Made by a program: the position numbers and the translations under genes
Part shown: positions 39,251 to 52,636 of the stretch, one piece after another
Layout: the number at the start of each line of letters is the position of its first letter
How positions within the stretch are numbered: position 1 is the first letter of the stretch
Assembly (NCBI GenBank): GCA_951406725.2
Contig: OX597831.1
Coordinates: 7,440,001-7,504,000, forward strand
Reading direction: 5' to 3'
Length of the DNA stretch: 64,000 nt
DNA from: Octopus vulgaris
Lineage: Eukaryota
The notes under the pieces: model-generated
Told to the model about the DNA's origin: nothing
What the model saw: the letters and a program-made list of their open reading frames with translations, nothing else
Database searches by the model: none

Positions 39251-41142
39251 TTATTAGATTATCTTAATTCTACTTCAAAGAATTGAGCACGTTATGACTA
39301 TTACATAAAACTATGTATATACATTTGTATGTACATGTACGTGTGTGTGTGTGTGTGTGCGTGCGTGCGTGTCCAATTACAGATTGTCTGCTATTTAGAG
39401 ACTGTGTTTATGATTTGACATATCTTCGAGACACGTTGTAATGGTCGATATGATGAGCATCATAAATACATTGAAGAACATTTACAGTCCATGTCTCGTC
39501 TATGTCTATGGCATCGATAATCTGTGGCAGAAGAACAATTAGCGTTCCGTTTGAAAATAATGCCATTTATTCGCTATTTCTACAGATCATTTAACCAATT
39601 TATCTCACCGAATCAGTTTTGATGGCTTTATATAATCTAATTGTCGCATCAAGTGCTGACAGCCATTCCATTCTACTGTTCCCTATCGACACAATTCTGT
39701 TGCTAGTTTACACTGCTTCGATAATATTAAACTTTCAGGTTAAATTAATTTTCTTGTAGATTTCACAATGTTTTTCTTGTGAAATATCTCATAAAAAGGA
39801 GTTCGGTTATGTCAGCTCTTCAAAAACTTTTATTATTGCTAGAGGCTGCCATGTTAAATCGCACCGTAAATTCGCAAACGTATAAGTTCAGAGTTTATAG
39901 TTTTTGAGTGGGAACGTTCAGGTTTTGCCGTAACGTTTGGAACTAATTCTGTAATAGAATAATTTAAAAGTTTGTTTTTACAATCAAGAGGTCTTATGTT
40001 CGATCGCACTACGCGGCATATTAGGCAAGTATATTGCACCATAGCTTCAGGTTGATGTAAAGACGATGTGAGCGAAATTGGGCAGACAGAAACTCTTCGG
40101 AAGCCCTTCAGATGAGCTGGAACTGTAAATTCAAAGGGACAACTTTGATGCAAACTGTGAGACACTGATTCTGTCGGGTAATGTATTTGAGGCTGTAGCA
40201 TGGCCGAATGTTTAAAGAGTTCCCTTTGCAAACATCAATATGTATACGTATGTTGCCTGTGGGTTTATGTTTATATGTTGTCAGAGTGTTTTCAATATGG
40301 CAGCTATTAAAGACGACCTTGTAACCAAGACAGATGAGAATATCGAAACATTAAAATTAAACAATGGCGTTCTTTTCTTGGGCTTATTAGCACCACACCA
40401 TCCTCTGATCAAAAGCCTTCGAGCTGTGATTATCCTGCCTTTCAAACATAATGTATCAACTTTATTATGCAATATTCACCCCCACCCCACCCCCTTTTGT
40501 TGAGATATTCAAGTTTGAGAGACATTTGACTGCTATATCTTGCAAACGAAATGGCGGTATACAGAGTCCGTCGCTTGCTCGAGTTTGCAAACGACATCGT
40601 TGCTTTTAGCCCCAGGTCGGGCATATCTTCATTTTTCGTCTTTCACTTGTCTCAGTCATTGGACTGTGATCAAGCTGGAGCACCACCCTGAAGGGTTGGG
40701 TCGGACAAATCAACCCCAATAATTATTGTTTTTTAAAGGCTCCTATTTATCGTTCTTTTTGACCGAACCGCTAAATTTCGGGGGTCACACACACACACAC
40801 ACACACACTCACACACACACACTCACACATACACACACACACGCACACACACAAGCATAAACATGTTCTACATATATATGTGCATATGTGTGCGTATGCA
40901 TGTATGTATGTATGTATGTATGTATGGTATGTATGTATGTATGTATGTATGTATGTATGTATGTATGTATGTATGTATGTATGTATGTATGTATGTATGT
41001 ATGTATGTATGTATGTATGTATGTATGTATGTATTTATGTATGTATGTATGTATGTATGTATGTATGTATGTATGTATGTATGTTTGTATGTATGGATGG
41101 ATGGATGGATGGATGGATGGATGGATGGATGAGTGTTTGTGA

Positions 41143-42198
41143 TTTTCCAGTCTCTTAGTCGTGACCTCCGTTATGCAGATGACTGTGACTTAGTCAATTA
41201 CACAGTGGACGACATGCAAATACTTATGGATCGTGTTTCTGCTTCTTGCAAGGCATTTGGACTCAGCTTTAGCCTGGACAAGACTGTTGTAATGTTCCAG
41301 CCTGCAACAGGAACAAATCTATCTGTGGAACCAGCTATCATGGTTGAAGGAACAATACTGGATGTGGTAGACAAGTTTGTCTACCTGGGCAGCACACTCA
41401 GCCGTTCTTGCTCCCTGGATGATGAAATATCTTTCAGGCTGCCGAGAGCAACTGATTCCTTCCGGTCTCTTCAGTTTTGTGTCTGGTCCCCGCATGGCAT
41501 CACAAGGGAAATGAAAATTGCTGTGTACCGTGCATGTGTACTGACATCGCTCCTTTACTCATGTGAGACATGGACCCTTTACAAACGTCATGTAAAAGTT
41601 CTTGAACGCTTTCATCAGAGATGTCTGAGACAGATTCTGAACGTTGGCTGGACCATAAGAACTCCAGACACACAAGTCCTGAGGAAAGGTGATATCTTGA
41701 GTATTGAGGCGATGGTGCACAAGCACCGGTTACGTTGGACTGGATACCTTATTGGAATGAAGGATAGCAGGATCCCTAAACAGAATCTATTTGGGGAACT
41801 TGTTAATGGAAAGAGACCCCGACAGAAACAAAGGCTGCGATTTAAGGACTGTGTCAAGTCCTCATTAAAGGCCTGTGATATGCAGGAGGTCGATTGGGAG
41901 AGCAATGCCTGTCATCACCACAGATAAAGGAAGCAGGTTAAGGAGTGGGTGGACACCTTTGAAAGAGCACGTATTCTGCATGAAGAAGTTAAGCGTGCTG
42001 CTCGAAAGCGCAATGCTAGTGTGTTGTGAATGGGGAAAGCTTGGTTTGCAATGTTTGCAGTCGTGTCTGCTTGTCAAGAGTAGGACTCATTAGCCAGCAA
42101 CGGAGCTGCAAATGCAAAATATAAGTTAGTTCTAGAGCGTACAATGTTCTTAAAGGTCAGCAATGGTGTTCTTCGGTCACGAGTGGACGGCCATCGTT
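41143..42198 (+). pseudogene. RTE-clade LINE 3' fragment (RT C-terminal half), same family as 35142-36897
   Basis: ORF 41133-41927 with RYADD, FVYLGS, LLYSCETW; ends GGACGGCCATCGT-(TATG)n. Confidence 0.93.
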
Positions 42199-42418
42199 AT
42201 GTATGTATGTATATGGGTGGGGGTGTCCGGAAAGCTTTCACCTATCAATTTAACACTCAGGACATTGGTGTAGCTGAGGTTACTATGTTAAAAGACGGGG
42301 TTGCGAGTGAATTTATTAACCTTACACCCGTGACTGCATCTATTTTTAATAATACATATTATATTAATCGTTATGATAATTTTTGCCAAAGCTGTCTGTA
42401 ACACAACTTCCAATTTGC

Positions 42419-42471
<53 letters not shown>

Positions 42472-42610
42472 TCTCTCTCTCTTTGTCTCTCGCTATATCC
42501 TTCTGTATGCATGTATGTATGTATGTATGTACGTACGCATGTATATATGTACGTACGTACATACAAATATTTGTATGTATGTATGCATGTATGTATGACT
42601 GTATATATGC

Positions 42611-42643
<33 letters not shown>

Positions 42644-42645
42644 TG

Positions 42646-42676
<31 letters not shown>

Positions 42677-42924
42677 TCAGTCACGCATATATATCTCTCA
42701 GCACGATCTTCGAACACATTAAGTTGCTACTTTCGAAAATAATAATTTTCTTCTTTGAAAAAGAAATAAGTTTACTGTTTATTACAAAACGGAAAGAAAA
42801 TTATGAATCTCCGTTCTTGAAATTTCTCTGAAGAAAATTTATGAATAAATATTTGTTTTTTCTCTGTTTTATTTCAATAAGTTACTTTCTTAATAATAAG
42901 AAATGCTATTCATCTATCTATCTG

Positions 42925-42968
<44 letters not shown>

Positions 42969-43367
42969 ACTATCTATCTACCTACCTACCTACCTACCTA
43001 CCCACCTATCAATCTACCTACCTACCTACCTTCCTACCTACCTACTTAACTGTCTCTCTACCAATGTTTTACCATGATCTGTCACCAAATACACAAGTAA
43101 CCCAGACGACTCATGTTTCCTCTTTCCAATCATTTCAGAAAATAATTGGATGATTGTTTTCTTACGGCCATTTTAAAATTCATTTTATTTTTGAACTGTT
43201 TGTCATGAATGAAATTTCTCTAAATCAAGCAAGTGACGCACTGACATCGTTCTATCACTATTTTTACCTGACGTCTTTCTTTTCTTTTACTCAATTCTTT
43301 GTCGAATATATACCTATATATATATATATATATACATAGATGAATAAATAAATAAATGGAGTTGAAC

Positions 43368-43871
43368 GACCATGGAAGATGGCAAAATCTCCAAGGATAT
43401 ACTCTACGGAGAGCTTGCTAGGGGCAAGTGTATGTGTTTTGGTGTTGGCAACATGAATGACATTGGTCAGAGGCTACTTGAATTTTGCACATACCATAAC
43501 CCGTGCATCTATAGCAGAGCTCGCCAAGGCTATTGACTCCCTAGCAGGTAACAAGGTAATTGTTACAATCACCACGGTCACCTTTGTTTTTGTAAAGCGT
43601 AATGATGTTAGCATCCCGCATATCCTGAGGGACAGTACCCTCTTCCCAGCACTGACACAGAAGCTCATGAAGGTGCCGAAGCAGGATGGTGTTTTTGCCG
43701 GTTTTGATGATCTCTAAGGGGATGCCGTCTTTTCCCGGAGCCTTGTTACCTGCTAGGGAGTCAATAGCCTTGGCGCGCTCTGCTATAGATGCACGGGTTA
43801 TGGTATGTGCAAAATTCAAGTAGCCTCTGACCAATGTCATTCATGTTGCCAATACCAAAACACATACACTT
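43368..43871. mobile_element. Rearranged RTE mosaic with a 131-bp fold-back
   Basis: MEDGKISKDILYGEL (+); endonuclease piece GNMNDIGQRLLEFC fused to RT piece KAPGKDGIP...NKGDRGDCNNY (-); inverted arms 43426-43556 and 43741-43871. Confidence 0.88.
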
Positions 43872-43944
43872 ACATATATACATACATATATCATATGATT
43901 GATTTGTTTCAGTTCCTGTCTACGAAATCTACATATATATATAT

Positions 43945-44008
<64 letters not shown>

Positions 44009-44084
44009 AAAGATAAATTGATAGATACAACTGAGTGCGCAAACAAAAATATGAGACACTGCCTAGTGCTTTTTTATATTTTGA

Positions 44085-44410
44085 TAAGCCTGGTACTTAT
44101 TCTATCAGTTTCTTCTTGTGAAACCAGTAAGTTATGGGATGTAAATAAACGAACACCAGTTGTGAAGCAGTGATGAGGGAGAAACACAAAGACACACACA
44201 TAGACTTACATATATACATACATATACAAACAATTGATTTCTTTCAGTTTCTGTCTACAAAATCCACTGACAAGGCTTTGGTTGGTCTGAGGCTTTAACA
44301 GAAGACACGTGCCAAGTTGCCACACAGTGGGACTGAACTGAGGACCATGTGTTTTGGAACCAAGTGGCTGCGAAGTGAATTTTTTAACCATACAACCATG
44401 CCTGCACCTC
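44085..44410 (-). mobile_element. SINE family C, degenerate
   Basis: TTTCTTTCAGTTTCTGTCTACAAAATCCACTGACAAGGCTTTGG and GTGGGACTGAAC. Confidence 0.8.
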
Positions 44411-44549
44411 CACACAACCATACTATTATTTCTTTCTAGTTCCACACACACTCACACACACACACACACACAAGCTCAATTTTGGGGGAGGAAGTGGAGG
44501 TGCCCATCTAATTCTTGTGAACTTCAGTAAATAAAGGGAAGTAGTTTCT

Positions 44550-44958
44550 TATTTCTTTACTGCCCACAAGGGGCTAAATGTAGAGGGGACAAACAAGGAC
44601 AGACAAACGGATTAAGTCGATTACATCGACCCCAGTGTGCAACTGGTACTTAATTCATCGACCCCGAAAGAATGGAAGGCAAAAATCGACCTCGGCGAAA
44701 TTTGAACTCAGAACGTAGCGGCAGACGAAATACCTATTTCTTTATTACCCACAAGGGGCTAAACACAGAGGGGACAAACAAGGACAGACAAACGGATTAA
44801 GTCGATTACATCGACCCCAGTGTGCAACTGGTACTTAATTCATCGACCCCGAAAGAATGGAAGGCAAAAATCGACCTCGGCGAAATTTTAACTCAGAACG
44901 TAGCGGCAGACGAAATATCGATTAACATTTCGACCGACGTGCTAACATTTCTGCCAAC
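44550..44958 (-). mobile_element. SINE family A tandem dimer
   Basis: Junction AAAGAAATAG|GTATTTCGTCTG on the minus strand at about 44733. Confidence 0.9.
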
Positions 44959-46232
44959 CGGAGAGTGTGTACAGTCCAGCTGTACTACTACAGGTCTACC
45001 CCAGATGCAGTGTTGGTTGGCCAGAATCTTATTTCTCAACTCACCGCACTCTCTCCCTCCCTCCATCGTCTCTCCCCTCCTTTTATTATTTTATATTCAC
45101 ATAAAACTTTATTGATTTCTGACTTAAACACAAAGCTACTTACTTCAGAATATGAGAAACAGAGAGAGCGTGTGCGCGCGGTGGAGGCGGGGGTGGTGGT
45201 TATGACGTTGTTTTCTGGATAATATAGTAATGGGTTAATTCCCCTTGTTGGAGCAAGATGAATGCCGAACATTTGTGCTTATTCCTCACGACACAGCTGG
45301 ATAAATTGAATCCGAAAATATTGCCTGCAAGTAATTCCAAAACAAAACGAATAAAATGTAACTGGCTTTTACTATTTTAATGTAAATCTGTTTAGTACAG
45401 TGTTTGGAAAACACGTCACATCACACAAAAGCGGGCGTGCTAAGAAAAATAATCTCACCTTCTCTAATGCAGACAACTTATTTTCTAAAACTTTTCAACA
45501 TTACATGATGGCCGCCAGGAACACGCATATGTCCCCCTCCCACCGCCTCTCTCTCTCTCTCTTTCTTTCTCTCTCTCTCTTTCTTTCTCTCTCTCTCTTT
45601 CTTTCTCTCTCTCTCTCTCTTTCTTTCTCTCTCTCTCTCTCTCGCTCTCTTTCTTTCTCTCTCTCTCTCTCTCTCGCTCTCTCTCTCTCTATTTATATCT
45701 ATATATTTATTTTTTTAGTTATATTTTGCGAGACACTCTTTACATACGAACAAAAGAAGAAAATTATATTAATTTAAAATAAAGTAAGAAACAAAAATGT
45801 CTATTCATTATGAACGAGTTAATTAATTATTTGATTTTATTGTACGAATAGGCACTGAGGCCATTATTGTTTTCTAGAGGAAAGAGTAAAACTGGTTGAC
45901 CTTAAAGACTGTGAGTACCATAAAACAGAGAGTTTGGTACGCAACTGTTTCTGGCAGACCGCCATCGTTTCGGAATTAATATATTGTTTTCCCTAAAAGC
46001 TGAAACTTGCGAATTTAAGTGATAGAAATGGTTAATTATTGTAGATACGACAAATTGCCAATTAATTTCATCTGACTCCATTCTCAGACGGTGATTTGGT
46101 GGAAATGTTAGAGTTTTAGGATACTGACAAGATTTATTCCGATTCTCTGAGTTCGAATGCCTCCGAGGTCAACCTCATCTTTCATCCTTCGGGTGGTGGT
46201 GATGGTTGTGGTGGTGGGGTGGCGGTTAAGGA

Positions 46233-46425
46233 GGCGTAACTTCGGTATAAGTACCGGATACATTTCAAGAAAGTGTTTATTTTTTATATATATGGAGGTT
46301 TAGGGTTAGGGTTTGTGTTAGGGTTACTGTTACGGTTAGGGGTGGGAGAAAAGGATTTCTGTTATCTTCAGAAATGTAAACAAAGCCACTTCCGGTACTT
46401 ACGGTACTTATACCGAAGGATCGCC
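46233..46425. mobile_element. MITE with 8-bp TSD, GG termini and internal TTAGGG-like repeats (Merlin-like)
   Basis: TIR GGCG-..CTTCGGTATAAGTACCG; exact TSD GTTAAGGA (46225-46232 and 46426-46433). Confidence 0.85.
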
Positions 46426-46799
46426 GTTAAGGATAATATAACACTCGTCCAAGGAAGTGGATTCGCAAAACTGTAAGAGAATGGGTCAAAATGCTTTGCG
46501 GTATGTGATCTGATTCTGTGCATTCTGAGTTCAAATCGCATCTCCTGTCTCCAGGGGAAGTGGGGACGGAGGCGAGAGATCTGTCACGAGTTCCGACCGA
46601 CAAATAACATCATCAATGGAAAATATCAATACGAAGATGATTTTCTTGGTTCTGTCAGAGTTTCGTCTGTCATCCATTATCTACATTCTGAGCTCAATCC
46701 TGATTGACGTTGAATATGCATTTCATCCCCCCCCCCCCGGGGTCTGTAATATAAATAGTAGGTATGTTTATGCGTATATACAAAGAAGTTCGATCTGCA

Positions 46800-47130
46800 A
46801 CTACGTGGATTCGATCTCAGTTCCGCCGCACGGCATCTTGGGCAAATGTCTTCTATTATAGCCCTGGGCCAACCAATGCCTTGTGAGTGAATTTGGTTGA
46901 TGAAAACTGTGTGGAAGCCCGTCATATGTGTGTCTGCGTATGTGCGTGCATGCGTGTCTTATGCTTGTCTCCTCTACACCGCTTGACAACCGGTGTTGGT
47001 TTGTTTACGTCTCCACGAATTCACGGTTCGGCAAAAAGAGACTGATAGAATAAGTACCCGACTTGAAAAATATATGAACTGGTGTTGGTTTGTTCGACTA
47101 AACCCTTCAGTGACTGAAACAAGTGAAAGA
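46800..47130 (+). mobile_element. SINE family C followed by a (GATA/GACA)n array to about 47480
   Basis: GGCATCTTGGGCAAATGTCTT...GATAGAATAAGTAC...TGACTGAAACAAGT. Confidence 0.8.
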
Positions 47131-47231
47131 CAGACAGATAGATAGATATAGGCAGATAGATAGATATAGACAGACAGACAGATAGATAGATATAGACAGA
47201 CAGACAGATAGATATAGAGAGACAGACAGAC

Positions 47232-47308
<77 letters not shown>

Positions 47309-48106
47309 CATACATACATAGATACATACATACATAGATATAGAGAGGCAGATAGATAGATACATAGATATAGAGAGACAGATAGATAGATATAGAGAGA
47401 CAAACAGATAGATAGATACAGATATAGAGAGACAGACAGATAGATACATAGATATAGAGAAACAGATAGATAGATATATAGAGATCGCGTGATCACGTGA
47501 CAGACCAGACTATTAGATGTTGTTGCACATCGCTGACCACAACGCGCTTTGCAACCTTTTAGCCATCGAATGACGCACCCCGCTGGCAGGCAAGGAAGGC
47601 AACATTCCCCCCGATCGACAGGGGTGGGGAGTAGAGGATGGGAAGACTACAGACCACATGGGAATTAATTTTTTTTTCTTTGGATAACCTCCTGAAGATT
47701 ATCAACGGACGAACAGACACTGGGAAAACATGAAAATACGAAACCGATCAAAAAGTGTGTAAGGGACCTTTGCAATGGCCAAAGCAAACTCGAGTCGTTC
47801 CAATCAAGCCATCTTCTCTATTATCCACGGGTGACTTGCTGTCAAGAAGAGAAATAATAATTCAAGCATTATCTCTTGTTCAAAGAATACATTTGCGTGT
47901 ATCCTTTTATCTTTTACTCCTTGTTTCAGTTATTGGACGGCAGCTATGCTGGGACACTGCCTTGAAGGGTTTTGGTAGAACTAAAGGCCCCACCCCTCAC
48001 CACAGTACTTATCTTTTAAAGTCTGAGACTTATTCTATCGATGTTTTCTTTTGCAAAGCTGCGAAATTGCGAGGACGTAAAAAAACCACCACCGGTTATC
48101 AAGTAA

Positions 48107-48337
48107 GGTGGTGAGCTGGCAGAAACGTTAGCACGCCGAGCGAAATGCTGAGCGGTATTTCGTCTGCCGCTACGTTCTGAGTTCAAATTCCGCCGAGGTC
48201 GACTTTGCCTCTTATCCTTTCGGGGTCGATTAAATAAGTACCAGTTACGCACTGGGGTCGATATAATAGGCTTAATCCGTGTGTGTGTCCTTGTTTGTCC
48301 CCTCTGTGTTTAGCCCCTTGTGGGTAGTAAAGAAATA
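48107..48337 (+). mobile_element. SINE family A inserted into a minus-strand SINE C (47905-48540)
   Basis: TSD GGTTATCAAG; SINE C halves on either side. Confidence 0.9.
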
Positions 48338-49037
48338 GGTTATCAAGCGGGCCTGAGGGACAAATATACACACACGCAAACACACACACTGGACTTCCGC
48401 ATAACTTCCGTCTACCAAATTCACTTACAAAGCATTGATCAGCCCAGAGCAATCGTAGAAGACACTTGCCCAAGATGCCGCGCAGTAGGACTGAACCCGA
48501 AACATCGTGGTTACAAAGGGAGCTTCTTAACCACACGTCCAATTGAATATAAACGCAGACATAGTTAAAGAAGCTCTATAACAGCTACAAGCGAACATCA
48601 TCATCTGCGTTTTAGTAGTTCGTGCCTACGATTCTATTAACCGGCACGATTCGCCAATCTGGAATGTTCGCTTTTAAAATCAATGTCACGTTTGTGTTTT
48701 GCTTGTGATTCCACAAAACTCAAATCGACGGCCGTAATTACTTGAAATGGTCTTCGACTGCTTTTAAACAGCGACTCGCCAATATTCTAATTGGCGTATT
48801 CTTCAGACATGGGTTGATCTGGCTAATAACAGCAGTGATCCGGCGAAGACTGGGCAGTCTTTGCTCGACCTAAAGTTGACTAAACATTGTTAATTGATTG
48901 AATTGTGTCCACTTGTTGACAGTGAAGACCGAATCCACTTCAGTTGTGTTCGCTCGAGATTGTTCAGGAAGTTTCGATAAACTGGTCTTATTAGAGTTAT
49001 CTCATTTGCTTGTTGCTTTTAGATTTTAAACAACAGT

Positions 49038-49440
49038 GGGGAGAGAAGAGGGAGAGAGGGAGAGAGAGAGAGAAAGACAGAGGAAGAAAGAGAGAGAGGG
49101 GGCGACAGGGGAAGGGAGAGAGAGAGCGCGACAGGGGAAGGGAGAGAGAGAGAGCGACAGGGGAAGGGAGAGAGCGCGCGCGACAGAGGAAGAGAGAGAA
49201 AGAGAGAGAGAGGGGGAGAGAAAGCGACAGGGGAAGGGAGAGAGAGAGCGCGACAGGGGAAGGGAGAGAGAGCGCGCGACAGAGGAAGAGAGAGAAAGAC
49301 AGTGGGAGAAAGAGAGAGAGAGGGAGAGAGCGCGACAGGGGAAGGGAGAGAGAGAGCGCGCGTCAGGGGAAGGGAGAGAAAGACAGAGGGAGAAAGAGAG
49401 AGAGAGAGAGAGAGAGCGACAGGGGAAGGGAGAGAGAGAG
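49038..49440. repeat. (GA)-rich minisatellite, unit about GCGACAGGGGAAGGGAGAGAGAG
   Basis: Seen directly. Confidence 0.9.
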
Positions 49441-50178
49441 ATTCTATATAAACACACCAGAAACACAAACACACATACACACTCACACACGCACGCATGC
49501 ACACACACACACACATGATTGGATTTGGTCAACAGAAATTGAAAAGGCTCGACGTGTGTGTTCTGTTCTATTTATAATTATTTAAATTCTTCCTCTGAGG
49601 CTGGAGCTGCTTCCTAACAAAGAAACAAAGTTCAATCGTTGGAAGAATATAAATAACAAAAACGATTTCGCATTTTAAACTTTTAAAAAGTCTTGCATAT
49701 TTTTACTGTTCCGCTTACAGATTGTGTATGTAATGGGCAAATTAGTTGATTGGTTTGTTTTCTTGCAAAGCCTGCCTCATCCAGATTGTCGCTGTAGCCA
49801 TTTACTCACAAAACCAAGTGCCCCGATTATTACTGGTATAAATGTAAATTTGTAATCTGGATATAAAGAAGCTGGAGGTTCCAATGCAGTTCTCCATAAT
49901 TATCCTGTTTCTCTTTGATTTTCAAAGAGATATTCAAATCAGCAGGACGGCTTCGGGAAAGGTGGAGAGGGTGAAAGACATAATTGTGACAGATGGGATA
50001 GAGTGCAAATTGGCAGGAGTAGGGGGTGACACAGGGAGGGATGAGAAAAGAAGAGGGGACACCATGAAGTGCGGAGAGGGACAAATGGCGGAAAGAAGAA
50101 AGAGAGTAAAATAGGGAAGAAAATCTCACATGCACACACACTAACACATGCACACACTCGCACAACGCGCGCACATAT

Positions 50179-50231
<53 letters not shown>

Positions 50232-50263
50232 CACACACACATTTATATCAAACGTGTGTCTTT

Positions 50264-50517
50264 GTTGTATTTAGGAATGATCATTTTCCCAGTTTAGCCA
50301 ATAAAAAACACACGCACTATATATTTGGTGTTACTTTGCTTCAGCGTTATTTATTTTTTACATTAATCTTAATCAGGAGTGTGACGAAAGAACTCTGGCC
50401 GAAATAAGATTAAGATTAATGTAAAAAATGAATAACACTGAAGCAAAGTAACATTAAATATATAGTGCGTGTGTCTTTATTGGCTAAACTGGCAAAATGA
50501 CCATTCCGAAATACAAC
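50264..50517. repeat. Fold-back element, about 110-bp arms with a 33-bp spacer
   Basis: 50264-50374 is an imperfect reverse complement of 50408-50517. Confidence 0.88.
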
Positions 50518-50977
50518 TATATCTGTTTCAACACACGATTTCACATAAAAAATCTTGCAAAACAAATATATAAACGTAACAAAGTGTGTCTTGTATTCCA
50601 TCAAATATGGTAATTAGTTAGATTTCTGGCATTCTACTATTTCAATTGGGTGCTGTAATTCTAGACATTGTGTCTGATAAAAGAAAAGAAAAAGATGGTT
50701 GGAGTGGAATTTATTTCATTCTTGGTGGCCTACTCGATCAGAAGTGACCAGGGTCATGTCAGTGACAACACTGCAGTACATCTAATAACCGTTCCTTGCG
50801 AGCGATTATGGCACTTGGTATTATGTACCATGCTTTCGCTGATTGTTTCGTGTGGTTGCGATCAGACACAGATTCCCTTTTGATTCCTTCACTCATGATC
50901 CAGTTGCATATCCAGAATGTCACCGCTGGATTGAGAGAGGGCAGCACCAGATTGTTTTGCAGCGAGAAAGAGAAGTG

Positions 50978-51010
50978 TAACGTTTCGGACAGATATCCTT
51001 CATCAGGGAG
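50978..51010 (-). ncRNA. Hammerhead-like motif
   Basis: CTGATGA-A-GGA(TATCTG)TCC-GAAA-CG-TT; extra A after the core, stem I not preserved. Confidence 0.4.
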
Positions 51011-51344
51011 AAAGAAAGGCGAGGGAAAAGATAGTTGGAGGGAAGATAAGAGAGTAGCAGAGAGGGGGATAGATAAAGAGGGAGGGGGAGAAAGGTCTGT
51101 TATATTGTTGTCGTTTAGCCCCTTGTTAGTCTTGATCGGGCAGACCTATGATCAAAAGTATTCCAGCCGTGATCACCCCGTTTTTTTTTCCTATGCGCAA
51201 AACACCCAGGACCACATTATCCATGATGTCCTTTTCTAATTCTGTGAGGCGTGATTTGAGACAGATTTGGTTGTTATTTTAAGTAAGTCAAGCGACTACA
51301 TAGAGCTCTTTTTATCAAACAACATGGATCGTCCCCGTTCTATA

Positions 51345-51418
<74 letters not shown>

Positions 51419-52260
51419 TCTCTCTAACTTTACTCTTCACTAGAGATCAAGTTTCAAAAAAACACGGCAAACTTTGCATGGAAAATTGTAAAAAAATGTC
51501 CACTTCAAAGTGGAATTTTTTAAAAACTTTTGCCGTCCGGCAAATAGAGACCGATACAAAAATAAGTACTGGGGGGGGTCTATTTGTTTGCTCCAGCATG
51601 ACCGCAGTTCAATTACCGAAACAAGTAAAAGATAAAGGTCGTTTTTTTTTCTTTTCAGCCGTGACGCACTCAGATATTCTCTCGGGTTGGAACGTCTTTG
51701 ATCATAGACTGGCAACACTGGACTAACCTGGGGTTAAACAATAACAACGATAAAAAATACACTGGACAATGGAATCACCGATCTAGAAAACGGAGAGATG
51801 GGCATTTTTGAAAAGTCATGGTTCTGTTCCATCAAGGTTGACCAGGGACTAAACAACATTATCAGAGTTATGCCGAACACCAATCATGTTTGACTTCAAC
51901 TTGGAAAATTAAACGTGGTTTGAGGAATTTGCAGAGTCTCCATTGCCATTTGTGGAGTATAAAATGGATGATCCTTCACTATTTGAAACATCGCGTGGGC
52001 AATCTTCTCCAGGATATTTCCAGTTCAATGGAGCGAGGACATCGCCGCAGAGAAATCAAAAATCTGTTGCCTTCGCGCGTTTTGCTTTGAAATTCTGAAC
52101 TGCGTTTTGGAAATAAGTCACAGTTGATTATTATTTCGTTCGTCTATTGGTTGCAGCCAGAGGCTGTGGTCATGCTGGAGCACCGCCATAATCGAGTAAA
52201 TTTTCTTCTTACTTCATCGTATAGTTGTTCGCTTAAAAACCTGTAGACATTTGTGTAGGT

Positions 52261-52281
52261 TTGTGCGTACGTGCATGTGTA

Positions 52282-52317
<36 letters not shown>

Positions 52318-52382
52318 TGTGTGTGTGTGTATTCGTGTGTCTGTGTGTGTGCGTGTGTGTGTATTCGTGTATGTGTGTATGC

Positions 52383-52418
<36 letters not shown>

Positions 52419-52636
52419 CTGTGTGTGTGCGCGTGTGTGTGTGTGTGCGAGTGTGCGTCTGTGTGTCTGTGTGTGTGCGCGTGTGTGTGTGTGTATTTGT
52501 GTGTGTGTGTATGCGTGTGTGTGTGTGTGCGAGTGTGTGTCTGTGTGTCTGTGTGTGTGCGCGTGTGTGTGTGTGTATTTGTGTGTGTGTGTGTGTATGC
52601 GTGTGTGTGTGTGTGTGCGTGTTCGAGTGTGTGTGT
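52261..52636. repeat. Compound (TG)n array with higher-order units
   Basis: Seen directly. Confidence 0.95.

Noticed and set aside
45160-45540. Promoter-like GC boxes and TGACG motifs
   Set aside because: No associated exon was found, and short motifs alone are insufficient.
46299-46345. TTAGGG repeats as an interstitial telomere or fusion scar
   Set aside because: Few, degenerate, and enclosed within a MITE with an exact TSD.
48741-48870. Possible minus-strand exon (VEQRLPSLRRITAV...)
   Set aside because: Splice-like ends and an open frame, but no recognisable protein and no partner exons.
51900-52120. Possible mariner N-terminal remnant on the minus strand
   Set aside because: Only a faint REGN..PRS resemblance; too weak to call.
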